Assembly (NCBI RefSeq): GCF_902713615.1
Contig: NC_052153.1
Span: 192,309,394 to 192,373,393, forward strand
DNA length: 64,000 nucleotides
Origin: Scyliorhinus canicula
Taxonomy: Eukaryota
Direction of reading: 5' to 3'
The notes under the pieces are model-generated. The model was not told where the DNA came from. It did no database searches and saw only the letters and a program-made list of their open reading frames with translations. Made by a program: the position numbers and the translations under genes. How positions within the stretch are numbered: the first letter of the stretch is position 1; each line of letters opens with the position of its first letter. This document shows, one piece after another, positions 49,101 to 57,228 of the stretch.

Positions 49101-49724
49101 GCGCTGAGAGGCAGCAGTGCTAAGCACTGTGCTGCCGTGCCGCCCGAGAATTCTTCATTCCTCCAGTTCCGGTCTCTTGTGTACCCCCCTGCCCTGATCC
49201 CCATCGCAACACCATTGACGGCCGCACCCGTAGGCTGGGAACTCCGGGATCTTTCCCGAAAGCCCTCCTCCTCCTGGCCTCTCTTCACCCCCAATCACCA
49301 CGACCTGATCAGCTTGACCAAGTGTTTGATCACCTGCCCTAACATCACCTTCTGTGGCTTGGTGTTGAATTCTGTCCGATCTTGTGGCAGTGATGATTCA
49401 CAACGCTGAAGGTGTGATATAAATACAAAGGTGCTGTTGTGCTGAAAGATTATTGGAATCTCGAGTCAGCAGGCCGGAGGAGCAAAACAGTTTCAGAGTC
49501 GATACCGTTTGTGTTACAGCTCAGCCGGATTCCTGTATGTATGCCAGCGTGGTGATTGGCAGCAACAGAAAAGGTAACCCCTTATAAACCGGTCTTCAAC
49601 ATATTTCAGATATTTTTCCATTTATTGATATTTGGCAATGTTTTGAATTCATCCTCCCGTCTAACGGAAGCTTCTCCTTCAGACCAGGGTGGCAAGCATC
49701 TCCGCACCGCTGATTCGGAAGAGA
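9260..49724 (+). CDS. Gene A (partial, spliced): Siglec-15-like V-V-TM immunoglobulin-superfamily receptor with two cytoplasmic ITIM-like motifs; exons 9260-9655, 10753-11106, 14840-14944, 19975-20014, 21306-21367, 29924-29968, 30058-30093, 49520-49573, 49683-49724
   Basis: All nine exons have AG acceptors with pyrimidine-rich tracts and GT donors. Phases chain without a stop (1-1,1-1,1-1,1-2,2-1,1-1,1-1,1-1,1-1), giving 378 codons: V1-V2[128 protein letters not shown]. Leader and terminal exons not found; no transcript evidence. Confidence 0.75.
9665..10045 (+). repeat. Intronic minisatellite, 31-bp core CCCTCCACATCATGTTCAGGGTGGTAGCTGT (about 11 units)
   Basis: Direct tandem units with 31/36/37-bp variants, starting about 10 bp after the V1 donor. 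Confidence 0.97.
10352..10514. repeat. About 163-bp inverted-repeat hairpin, probably Penelope-like-element derived
   Basis: Arms TAAGAAGTCTTACAA..GCTCC and GGAGC..TGTAAGACTTCTTA are about 70 bp with about 5 mismatches; second copy at 52627-52787. Confidence 0.85.
10432..10466 (+). ncRNA. Minimal type I hammerhead ribozyme motif
   Basis: CAC-CUGAUGA-A-GGAGC-AGC-GCUCC-GAA-AGCU-C-GUG: stem I CAC/GUG, core CUGANGA, 5-bp stem II, GAAA, palindromic stem III AGCU, UC cleavage site. Activity untested. Confidence 0.6.
10753..11106 (+). CDS. Exon: V-set Ig domain 2
   Basis: ttcctttcctcAG acceptor; G|gtaag donor; 354 bp, phase 1-1. [24 protein letters not shown]...DSHTYLC..TQLQV is a canonical V-set C-W-DxxxYxC framework. 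Confidence 0.93.
11531..11723 (+). mobile_element. Short tRNA-derived SINE without V-domain, sharing the GTGACAATAA tail (representative copy)
   Basis: GGGGCTGGTTTAGCAC..GGTTCGATTCCC head; (TTTCA)n end. Others at about 16525-16683, 41800-41905, 53803-53995, 58658-58815. Confidence 0.85.
12130..13680 (+). mobile_element. CR1 3' fragment interrupted by a GC-rich non-coding repeat (about 12860-13510)
   Basis: [18 protein letters not shown]; CR1 3' UTR resumes at about 13510; counterpart at about 54400-55950. Confidence 0.75.
14420..14722 (+). mobile_element. V-SINE with alternative tail (..GGCGACTAGGGG..GTGACAATAAAG), representative copy
   Basis: Same head and V-domain, different 3' half. Others at about 17550-17855-, 20515-20810-, 30760-31060-, 45895-46100+, 56700-57005+, 59682-59990-. 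Confidence 0.88.
14840..14944 (+). CDS. Exon: transmembrane segment (not in ORF track)
   Basis: gttttacAG acceptor; G|gtgggt donor; 105 bp, phase 1-1. [22 protein letters not shown] followed by an RKK stop-transfer motif; no charged residue in the core. Confidence 0.9.
15415..17365 (-). mobile_element. Degenerate CR1 with SINE insertions (copy B counterpart at about 57695-59495)
   Basis: RT and C-terminal motifs in several frames. Confidence 0.85.
19975..20014 (+). CDS. Exon: cytoplasmic 1 ([13 protein letters not shown])
   Basis: ttttatctctttAG acceptor; AAG|gtagga donor; 40 bp, phase 1-2; open in frame; conserved in copy B. Confidence 0.7.
21306..21367 (+). CDS. Exon: cytoplasmic 2 ([21 protein letters not shown])
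   Basis: gtatttctcAG acceptor; CAG|gtaatg donor; 62 bp, phase 2-1, which restores the phase needed between its neighbours. Confidence 0.68.
21480..25574 (+). mobile_element. Near full-length CR1 LINE, frameshifted
   Basis: ORF1 zinc finger/coiled coil ([16 protein letters not shown]) and SGNH esterase (GDSIVRG..HIGTND); ORF2 APE (VAITETW, GDFN) and RT (QGSVLGP); ttctatgttctatg tail. Confidence 0.95.
26141..26510 (+). mobile_element. Solo LTR, 370 bp, 5-bp TSD CCACT
   Basis: TGTGG...CAACA ends; CCACT at 26136-26140 and 26511-26515; TATA-like TTAAATA at about 26224; AATAAA at about 26436. Confidence 0.82.
26860..29440 (-). mobile_element. CR1 LINE ORF2 (APE+RT), degenerate
   Basis: [12 protein letters not shown] in 28829-29437; 405-aa RT frame with [20 protein letters not shown]. 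Confidence 0.94.
29924..29968 (+). CDS. Exon: tyrosine-motif exon 1 ([15 protein letters not shown])
   Basis: gtttgtcttacAG acceptor; CAG|gtacgc donor; 45 bp, phase 1-1; contains YAEI. Confidence 0.75.
30058..30093 (+). CDS. Exon: spacer exon 1 ([12 protein letters not shown])
   Basis: tttttgtttttgttaaAG acceptor; |gtgagt donor; 36 bp, phase 1-1; 89-bp intron after the Tyr exon; resembles 49683-49724. Confidence 0.68.
31864..35007 (-). mobile_element. CR1 LINE with 749-aa uninterrupted RT frame; TSD GAAGA; inserted in a Rex1 fragment
   Basis: ORF 31943-34192; APE in 34243-34807; GAAGA at 31859-31863 and 35008-35012; the Rex1 sequence is contiguous across the insertion. Confidence 0.95.
35056..38260 (+). 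mobile_element. L1-clade LINE, 5' part (ORF1, APE, start of RT), 3'-truncated
   Basis: ORF1 coiled coil + [21 protein letters not shown]; APE ITWNI..LQETH..GGDFN..SRID..SDH; [14 protein letters not shown]. Confidence 0.92.
38261..38634 (-). mobile_element. Rex1/Babar LINE fragment
   Basis: [36 protein letters not shown]. Confidence 0.88.
38820..39223 (-). repeat. Gypsy 3' LTR
   Basis: 404 bp; preceded on the minus strand by a polypurine tract at about 39224-39243. Confidence 0.93.
40858..42110 (-). mobile_element. 5'-truncated CR1 LINE nested in Gypsy pol, itself interrupted by a SINE 3' half (about 41800-41905)
   Basis: RT C-terminus [26 protein letters not shown]; (TTCTATG)n tail at about 40860; Gypsy reading resumes on both sides. 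Confidence 0.92.
44934..44942 (-). promoter_or_regulatory. Primer-binding site TGGTACCAG (tRNA-Leu(UAA)-like)
   Basis: Abuts the 5' LTR; complementary to a tRNA 3' end ...CUGGUACCA. The tRNA assignment is from memory. Confidence 0.65.
44943..45346 (-). repeat. Gypsy 5' LTR
   Basis: TG...CA on the minus strand, 404 bp; about 21 substitutions versus the other LTR by my count. Confidence 0.93.
46139..46169. repeat. (GT)n microsatellite
   Basis: About 15 units. Confidence 0.95.
46400..47056. mobile_element. GC-rich non-autonomous hAT-type DNA transposon (MITE), 8-bp TSD TGTGGAGG
   Basis: Imperfect TIRs CAGCGCCGGCCC / GGGCGGCCCTG; TGTGGAGG at 46392-46399 and 47057-47064; poly-G interior. Partial copies at about 49927-50210 (3' half) and 62762-63070 (5' half). 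Confidence 0.88.
47230..47960 (+). mobile_element. CR1 3' fragments (two tails)
   Basis: [28 protein letters not shown]; ttctatg and ttctttg tails. Confidence 0.88.
48350..49000. repeat. C/T-rich low-complexity tract
   Basis: About 650 bp of CCCCATCC/CCTCCTTCA-like units, almost free of G. Confidence 0.9.
49520..49573 (+). CDS. Exon: tyrosine-motif exon 2 ([18 protein letters not shown])
   Basis: gtttgtgttacAG acceptor (nearly identical to that of 29924); AAG|gtaacc donor; 54 bp, phase 1-1; contains YASV. Confidence 0.75.
49683..49724 (+). CDS. Exon: spacer exon 2 ([14 protein letters not shown])
   Basis: cttctccttcAG acceptor; |gtaagt donor; 42 bp, phase 1-1; 109-bp intron after Tyr exon 2. 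Confidence 0.7.
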
Positions 49725-50449
49725 GTAAGTCAGATTTTCAATTCACAACGCTATTCCTGATATTCCCATCTTTCCCGAGGCCCCCAAGGCCATTCTCCTC
49801 GGGGCTGGGCCATCCATCTCACTGTTATTGGGCTTCGCTTGTTTGTTGGTGCCACCCCCCCCCAGAAGGTTGGATGGCATGTATCTCCATCTCTGACTGT
49901 CCTGTTGCCCTTCCACAGCCCGCATAGGGGGGGGCCGAGAGGGGGGGGCGAGGGAGGGGGGCGGGGCCGAGGGAATGGGGCGGCACGAGGGAAGGGGCCG
50001 GGCGGACGGAAGTGGGGACGGAGGGGGGGGTGGACGGAAGGGGGACGGAGGGGGCGGAAGGGGCCGCCCTGGGGGAGGGCGGCCACCGCGCATGCGCTGG
50101 TTGGCACCGGCCCAACTGCGCATGCACGGGACCCGAGTCTCTGGCGCCCCCCAGCACATGGCGCCCAGGGCGACTGCCCGAGTTTGCCGGTACCATTGGG
50201 CCGGCCCTAGTGGGGGGAAAGGTCCAGATATGTATCACTTTGGGAGGACAGGGGAAAACACCCAACCCAGTCAAGTGTCTGGTCCCTGACGGCGGCAGCT
50301 TGTGTTAGAATCGAGCCTGATGGATGCTTCTTAGCCGTTGTGAGGTTGCTGCCGGAGGAGGTGGTGGAAGCAGGGACCATAGTGACGGTTCAGGGGCAGC
50401 TGCATTGTACAAAAACTCTGGTGCGGCCGCATTTGGAGTATTGCGTGCA

Positions 50450-50549
50450 NNNNNNNNNNNNNNNNNNNNNNNNNNNNNNNNNNNNNNNNNNNNNNNNNNN
50501 NNNNNNNNNNNNNNNNNNNNNNNNNNNNNNNNNNNNNNNNNNNNNNNNN
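50450..50549. other. Assembly gap (100 N)
   Basis: Exactly 100 Ns, typical of an unsized scaffold join. Confidence 0.99.
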
Positions 50550-52325
50550 ATGTTCAGGGTGGTAGCTGTCCCCTGCCCTCCACATCATGTTCAGGGTGGT
50601 AGCTGTCCCTCCACATCATGTTCAGGGTGGGAGCTGTCCCTCCACATCATGTTCAGGGTGGTAGCTGTCCCCTGCCCTCCACATCATGTTCAGGGTGGTA
50701 GCTGTCCCTCCACATCATGTTCAGGGTGGTAGCTGTCCCTCCACATCATGTTCAGGGTGGTAGCTGTCCCCTGCCCTCCACATCATGTTCAGGGTGGTAT
50801 CTGTCCCTACCCTCCACATCATGTTCAGGGTGGTAGCTGTCCCCTGCCCTCCACATCATGTTCAGGGTGGTAGCTGTCCCTCCACATCATGTTCAGGGTG
50901 GTATCTGTCCCCTACCCTCCACATCATGTTCAGGGTGGGAGCTGTCCCCTACCCTCCACATCATGTTCAGGGTGGGAGCTGTCCCTCCACATCATGTTCA
51001 GGGTGGTAGCTGTCCCTCCACATCATGTTCAGGGTGGTAGCTGTCCCTCCACATCATGTTCAGGGTAGTAGCTGTCCCTCCACATCATGTTCAGGGTGGG
51101 AGCTGTCCCTCCACATCATGTTCAGGGTGGGAGCTGTCCCTCCACATCATGTTCAGGGTGGTAGCTGTCCCCTACCCTCCACATCACGTTCAGGGTGGTA
51201 GCTGTCCCTCCACATCATGTTCAGGGTGGTAGCTGACCCTCCACATCATGTTCAGGGTGGTAGCTGTCCCCTACCCTCCACATCACGTTCAGGGTGGTAG
51301 CTGCCCCTCCACATCATGTTCAGGGTGGTAGCTGTCCCCTACCCTCCACATCATGTTCAGGGTGGTAGCTGTCCCCTGCCCTCCACATCATGTTCAGGGT
51401 GGGAGCTGTCCCCTGCCCACATCATGTTCAGGGTGGAAGCTGTCCCCTGCCCTCCACATCATGTTCAGGGTGGTAGCTGTCCCTCCACATCATGTTCAGG
51501 GTGGTAGCTGTCGCTCCACATCATGTTCAGGGTGGTAGCTGTCCCCTGCCCTCCACATCATGTTCAGGGTGGTAGCTGTCCCTCCACATCATGTTCAGGG
51601 TGGTAGCTGTCCCCTGCCCTCCACATCATGTTCAGGGTGGTAGCTGTCCCTCCACATCATGTTCAGGGTGGTAGCTGTCCCCTACCCTCCACATCATGTT
51701 CAGGGTGGTAGCTGTCCCCTGCCCTCCACATCATGTTCAGGGTGGTAGCTGTCCCTCCACATCATGTTCAGGGTGGTAGCTGTCCCTCCACATCATGTTC
51801 AGGGTGGTAGCTGTCCCCTGCCCTCCACATCATGTTCAGGGTGGTAGCTGTCCCTACCCTCCACATCATGTTCAGGGTGGTAGCTGTCCCCTGCCCACAT
51901 CATGTTCAGGGTGGTAGCTGTCCCCTGCCCTCCACATCATGTTCAGGGTGGTAGCTGTCCCCTACCCTCCACATCATGTTCAGGGTGGTAGCTGTCCCTC
52001 CACATCATGTTCAGGGTGGTAGCTGTCCCCTACCCTCCACATCATGTTCAGGGTGGTAGCTGTCCCTCCACATCATGTTCAGGGTGGTAGCTGTCCCTCC
52101 ACATCATGTTCAGGGTGGTAGCTGTTCCTCCACATCATGTTCAGGGTGGTAGCTGTCCCTCCACATCATGTTCAGGGCGGTAGCTGTCCCTCCACATCAT
52201 GTTCAGGGTGGTAGCTGTCCCCTACCCTCCACATCATGTACAGGGTGGTAGCTGTCCCTCCACATCATGTTCAGGGTGGTAGCTGTCCCTGCCCTCCACA
52301 TCATGTTCAGGGTGGTAGCTGTCCC
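50550..52325 (+). repeat. Same minisatellite, expanded (more than 50 units, cut by the gap)
   Basis: Same core and variants over about 1.78 kb. Confidence 0.97.
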
Positions 52326-53025
52326 CCGTGAATTCAACAAGTACACACCCCCTCCCTCGCCCCCAGCCTGGTGTTGGAGCTCTCCTGTTTGCCTCCTGCC
52401 CAGCCTCCAAAATCGGAAACAATGGGCTCTCTCCTGTAAAGGCATTGGCTGGAACCTCTTAAACTCTCATTGGGTGAGCACATAGCGGGATGAGGGGAGG
52501 GGGGGACTTCTGGAGTAATGGGGCTGGGGGAGGTGGGGTAATCCCTGAACCAATTCAAAGAACAATTTGATTTTGCAATTGCAGCCATGATGTGGAGATG
52601 CCGACGTTGGACTGGGGTGAGCACAGTAAGAAGTCTTACAGCACCAGGTTAAAGTCCAAGGTTTGTTTCAAACAGTGGCTTTCGGAGCGCAGCTCCACCT
52701 GATTCACCCGAGGAAGGAGCAGTGCTCCGAAAGCTCGTGTTTGAAACAGACCTGTTGGACTTTAACCTGGTGTTGTAAGACTTCTTATTTTGCAATGGGG
52801 GTGGGGTTTTGGATGAATGAATTTGACTGGATTGAATGGGCCCTTGTGATCTATCTGACACCAGGGAGTTCAGGGTGAAAGATGGGTGTGTTGGTGCAGT
52901 CTGTGAGAGAGACGAGTGGAGCCTTGGAGTATCCATTCTGTTGTGAAGTTGAAAGATACACAACAAATGGAATCTAAACATTCTGCAGACTGAAGGATTC
53001 ATTATGTTGTTTTTCCTTTCCTCAG

Positions 53026-53379
53026 TTGCCGGTGGAAATGAGTCAGTGGTGAGTGGCACTGAGGGAGCTTCGGTTACATTACCCTGTACGTTCATACCCA
53101 GGAACTCCCACACCCTGACCACTGTTAGCTGGATGAGGAAGGAGACCTATGAACGGGTGGTCACATTTACACCCCAGCCAAATGGATTGTGGACAACTGT
53201 AAACGGTGAAAATCGATACGAGCTCATCGGGAACCCAAAGGAGGGAAACGCCTCAATCAGGATAAAGCAGCTGAGCATGAATGATAGTCACACTTACCTG
53301 TGTCTGGTAGAGTACAAGGAGGAACGGGACCATTATCAATACCTGATCCAGACTGAGACACAGCTGCAGGTCAAACATG
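53026..53379 (+). CDS. Copy B exon: V-set Ig domain 2
   Basis: Same splice sites and length as 10753-11106; 4 substitutions seen (two synonymous; V to M in LSVND; Y to D in EERYH). Confidence 0.9.
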
Positions 53380-56300
53380 GTAAGGAATCATTGCCGCATT
53401 CCCCAGTGAATAGAGAGTTTGTGAATGTTGATGCTTTTTGTATTGGATATAGTTTGCAGGTGCTGATCTTTTTAGGTGCATTTTGATATTTGTATTAAAA
53501 GACATCGATGCACCCGTACCATTCAGTACAATCTGCAACCCAAAGTCACTCTGACATTTAGCTGGAAGACACAACAGTATAAATGTCTCTTTTGATTGAA
53601 ATGGAACTATTTTAATCCTTCATCCAGAGTAATCCGTCCGTTACCCCCAAGTGTCCATTTGACTGGGGGAGGCATCACAGCCATGCTGGACCTGATGTAG
53701 CCCGGCTTTCACACGTGGATTATCAACAGGGAGCGATAACATTGAGGCCCTCATGTGGGTTAGCACAGGATCTGGGAACTGCTCTGATACCAATATTGGA
53801 ACTGGGGCTGGTTTAGCACACTGGGCTAAATCACTGGCTTTTAAAGCAGACCAAGCAGGCCAGCAGCATGGTTCGATTCCCGTACCAGCCTCCCCGGACA
53901 GGCGCCGGAATGTGGCGACTAGGGGCTTTTCACAGTAACTTCATTGAAGCCTACTCGTGACAATAAGCGATTTTCATTTTCATTTTTCATTTCATTCTTT
54001 GGAATATTGGTCTAGATGTATAATCTTTGCCACACAGTTAACCAATTGCTTCCTTGTTATAGAACCATAGAATTCCTACAGTGCAGAAGGAGGCCATTCG
54101 GCCCATCGAGTTTGCACCGGCTCTTGGAAAGAGCATCCTATCCAAGCCCTCACCTCCACCCAATCCCCATAACCCAGTAACCCCATCCAACACTAAGGGT
54201 AATTTTGGACCCTAAGGGCAATTTAGCATGGCCAATCCACCTAACCTGCACATCTTTGGACTGTGGGAGGAAACCGGAGCACCCGGAGGAAACCCACGCA
54301 CACACGGGGAGAACGTGCAGACTCCACACAGACAGTGACCCAAGTCAGGAATCGAACCTGGGACCCTGGCGCTGTGAAGCAACAGTGCTAACCAGGTTCC
54401 GCAGGGACCAGTGCTAAGACCCCAGCTATTCACAATATATATTAATGAATTCGATGAGGGAACTAATTGCAATATTGCCAAATTTGCAGACGGTACGTAG
54501 CTGGGTGGGAGGCCGAGCTGTGAGGAGCATGTTGAGGTGCTTCTCTGTGACTTGGCCAAGTTGAGTGAGTGGGCAAATGTTTGGCAAATGCAGCTAATGT
54601 GGATAAATGTGAGCCTGGGTGCCCTCGTACACCAGTCGCTGAAGATAAGCATGAAGATGCAGCAGGCGGTAAAGAAGGCAAATGGTAAGTTGGCCTTCAT
54701 TGCGAGAGGATTCGAGTTCAGGAGCAGGGATGTGTTGCTGCAATTATACAGGGCCTTGGTGAGGCCACACCTGGAGTATTGTGTGCAGCTTTGGTCTCTT
54801 TATCTGAGGAAGGATGTTCCTGCGCTAGAGAGAGTGCAGAGAAGGTTTACCAGACTGATTTCTGGGATGGTGGGACTAACGGCTGGGGAGAGACTGAGTC
54901 GGTTAGGATTGTTTTCGCTGGAGTTCACCATCATAGAAACCTAGAAAATTCTATCAGGACTGGACAGGGTAGATGCAGGAAGGATGCTGCCAATGGTGGG
55001 TGGGTCCAGAACCAGGGGTCACAGTCTGAGGATACGGGGGAGACCATTTAGGACAGAGATGAGGAGAAATTTCTTCACCCAGACAGTGGTTGGCCTGACT
55101 ACAGGAAGTAGTTGAAACTGCTGTTGGATCGGTTTTGTTGATCTCACCATCAGGAATGGCTGTTCGTGTTTTGATCGGCAGCCCCGACCCCCCCCCCCCC
55201 CCCCCCCCCGCCCCTGCACACTTTATCAACCCCCCCACCCCCTCATCCTGAGGCCCCTGTGAACCCCCCTTCACTTCCCCCTCTAATTGGCAAGGCCCAC
55301 CATGGAGCAAAGCGTGGCAGTGCCAACCTAGCACCCAAACACCCTGGGCATTGCCAGCCCGCACCCTAGTAATGCCAGAGTGGCATTGACAGGTTGCCAG
55401 GCCAGCAGTGCCAGGGTGTCCAGGTGCCAGGGGGAGTGCTGGGGTACCACACTGCCCTGTCCCCGACCACCCGGGGTCTCCACTGATCTGCGGGACTCCC
55501 CGAGATGCCGGTACGCCCGATCCACGTTTGTGGGGATCTGTAGTTAATGGCGACCTAGTGAGATTTCACAGGGACAATCGTTGAATGGGTGAGCTCGGGT
55601 GAATTAGGCTAATTTAAATATGCAGACCTGGATCTCGCCCAGTGAGGGAAAGATACTGATTGCGCCGGGCGGAACGAGTCGGATGACACCCGGCATTTGT
55701 GCTCGGTCTGGGGCTCTTGCGTGATTTCCCGTTTTGCCCGGATCTGCACCGGACGCAACGGGGTCGCTGAACTGCGTCCTGATGTTCCAGGGAGTTAGAT
55801 GTAGCACTTAGGGCTAAAGGGATCAAAGGATGGGGAGGAATGGATGAACAGGTTAGCGAGTTGGATAATCAGCCATGTTCATATTGAATGGCGAAGCAGG
55901 CTCGAAGGACCTAATGGCCTCCTCCTGCTCCCGTTTTCTATGTTTCCATCTTTTTCTGGATAACTATTTCTGGGTAAATACTGGGTAGCACGGTAGCACT
56001 ATGGCTTCACAGCGCCAGGGTCCCAGGTTCGATTCCCCGCTGGGTCACTGTCTGTGTGGAGTCTGCACGTTCTCCCCGTGTGTGCGTGGGTTTCCTCCGG
56101 GTGCTCCAGTTTCCTCCCACAGTCCAAAGACGTGCAGGCTAGGTGGATTGGCCATGCTAAATTGCCCCTTAGTGACCAAAAATCTTCGATGGGGTTATTG
56201 GGTTACAGGGATAGGGTGGAAGTGAGGGCTTCAGTGGGTCGGTCCAGGCTCAGTGGGCCGAATGGCCCCCTTCTGCATTGTATGTTCTATGTTCTATTTG

Positions 56301-57123
56301 TGTAACACAAGCTGGAACCATCCGAAATTTGCGATTTAAATTGCATTTTCGCAGTATTCCCGGAGTAGGGCAATTTCCCAGAGGGAGTTCGCACTTTCGG
56401 GCCGCTGCTGTGCAGCTCTTACCAAGGAATTCCGAGAAGCATTCCCTAACACGTCTTTGAGGATCCCCTCGCAAATCTGACGCTTGGGAGGTCTACAGGT
56501 ACAGCCCGTGGTATCTGGCGGGAACATACTGTAACTTTCTGATTGCCGCGTGGCCACACACTCGGGTGACTTAGCGGGAACGTTGGCATGACACTAACGG
56601 AATTCCTTTGGAAAGTGCCACGAGGTCTTTAGCATCCGCCTCGGATCAGGCAGTCGGGAGCTTGGTTTAATGTCTCACTCAGAAGAAGACACTGCAATAG
56701 GGCAGCACGGTTGCACAGTGGTTAGCACTGTGGCTTCACAGCGGCAGGGTCACAGGCTCGATTCCTGGCTTGGGTCACTGTCTGTGTGGAGTCTGCACGT
56801 CCTCCCCGTGTCTGCGTGGGTTTCCTCCGGGTGCTCCGGTTTCCTCCCACAAGTCCTGAAAGACGTGCTTGTTAGGTAATTTGGACGTGCTGAATTCTCC
56901 CTCCGTGTACCCGAACAGGCGCCGGAATATGGCGACGAGGGGATTTTCACAGTAACTTCATTGCAGTGTTAATGTTAGCCTACTTGTGACAATAAAGTTG
57001 ATTATTAAATTCATGACAGTATTGGCCTGTGGGTATCACAAACTGAAATAAGTGGACATTCGCTCGCGTGAACGTACTGATTTTCAGCTGTTGCTTTTCA
57101 ATGTTGCTCTTGCTGTTTTACAG

Positions 57124-57228
57124 AGGCACCATATAATTCCAACTTTAAAATATATCTGCTGATCATTCCACTGCTGATTCTCCTGCTCTTCCTCCTCGTC
57201 AGCTTCATCATCTTCAGGAAGAAAGGAG
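57124..57228 (+). CDS. Copy B exon: transmembrane segment
   Basis: Identical by eye to 14840-14944, with intact splice sites. Confidence 0.88.

Noticed and set aside
50550-52325. Regular ~31-bp repeats resembling a CRISPR array
   Set aside because: Units are contiguous with no unique spacers, there are no cas genes, and the context is eukaryotic; this is a minisatellite.
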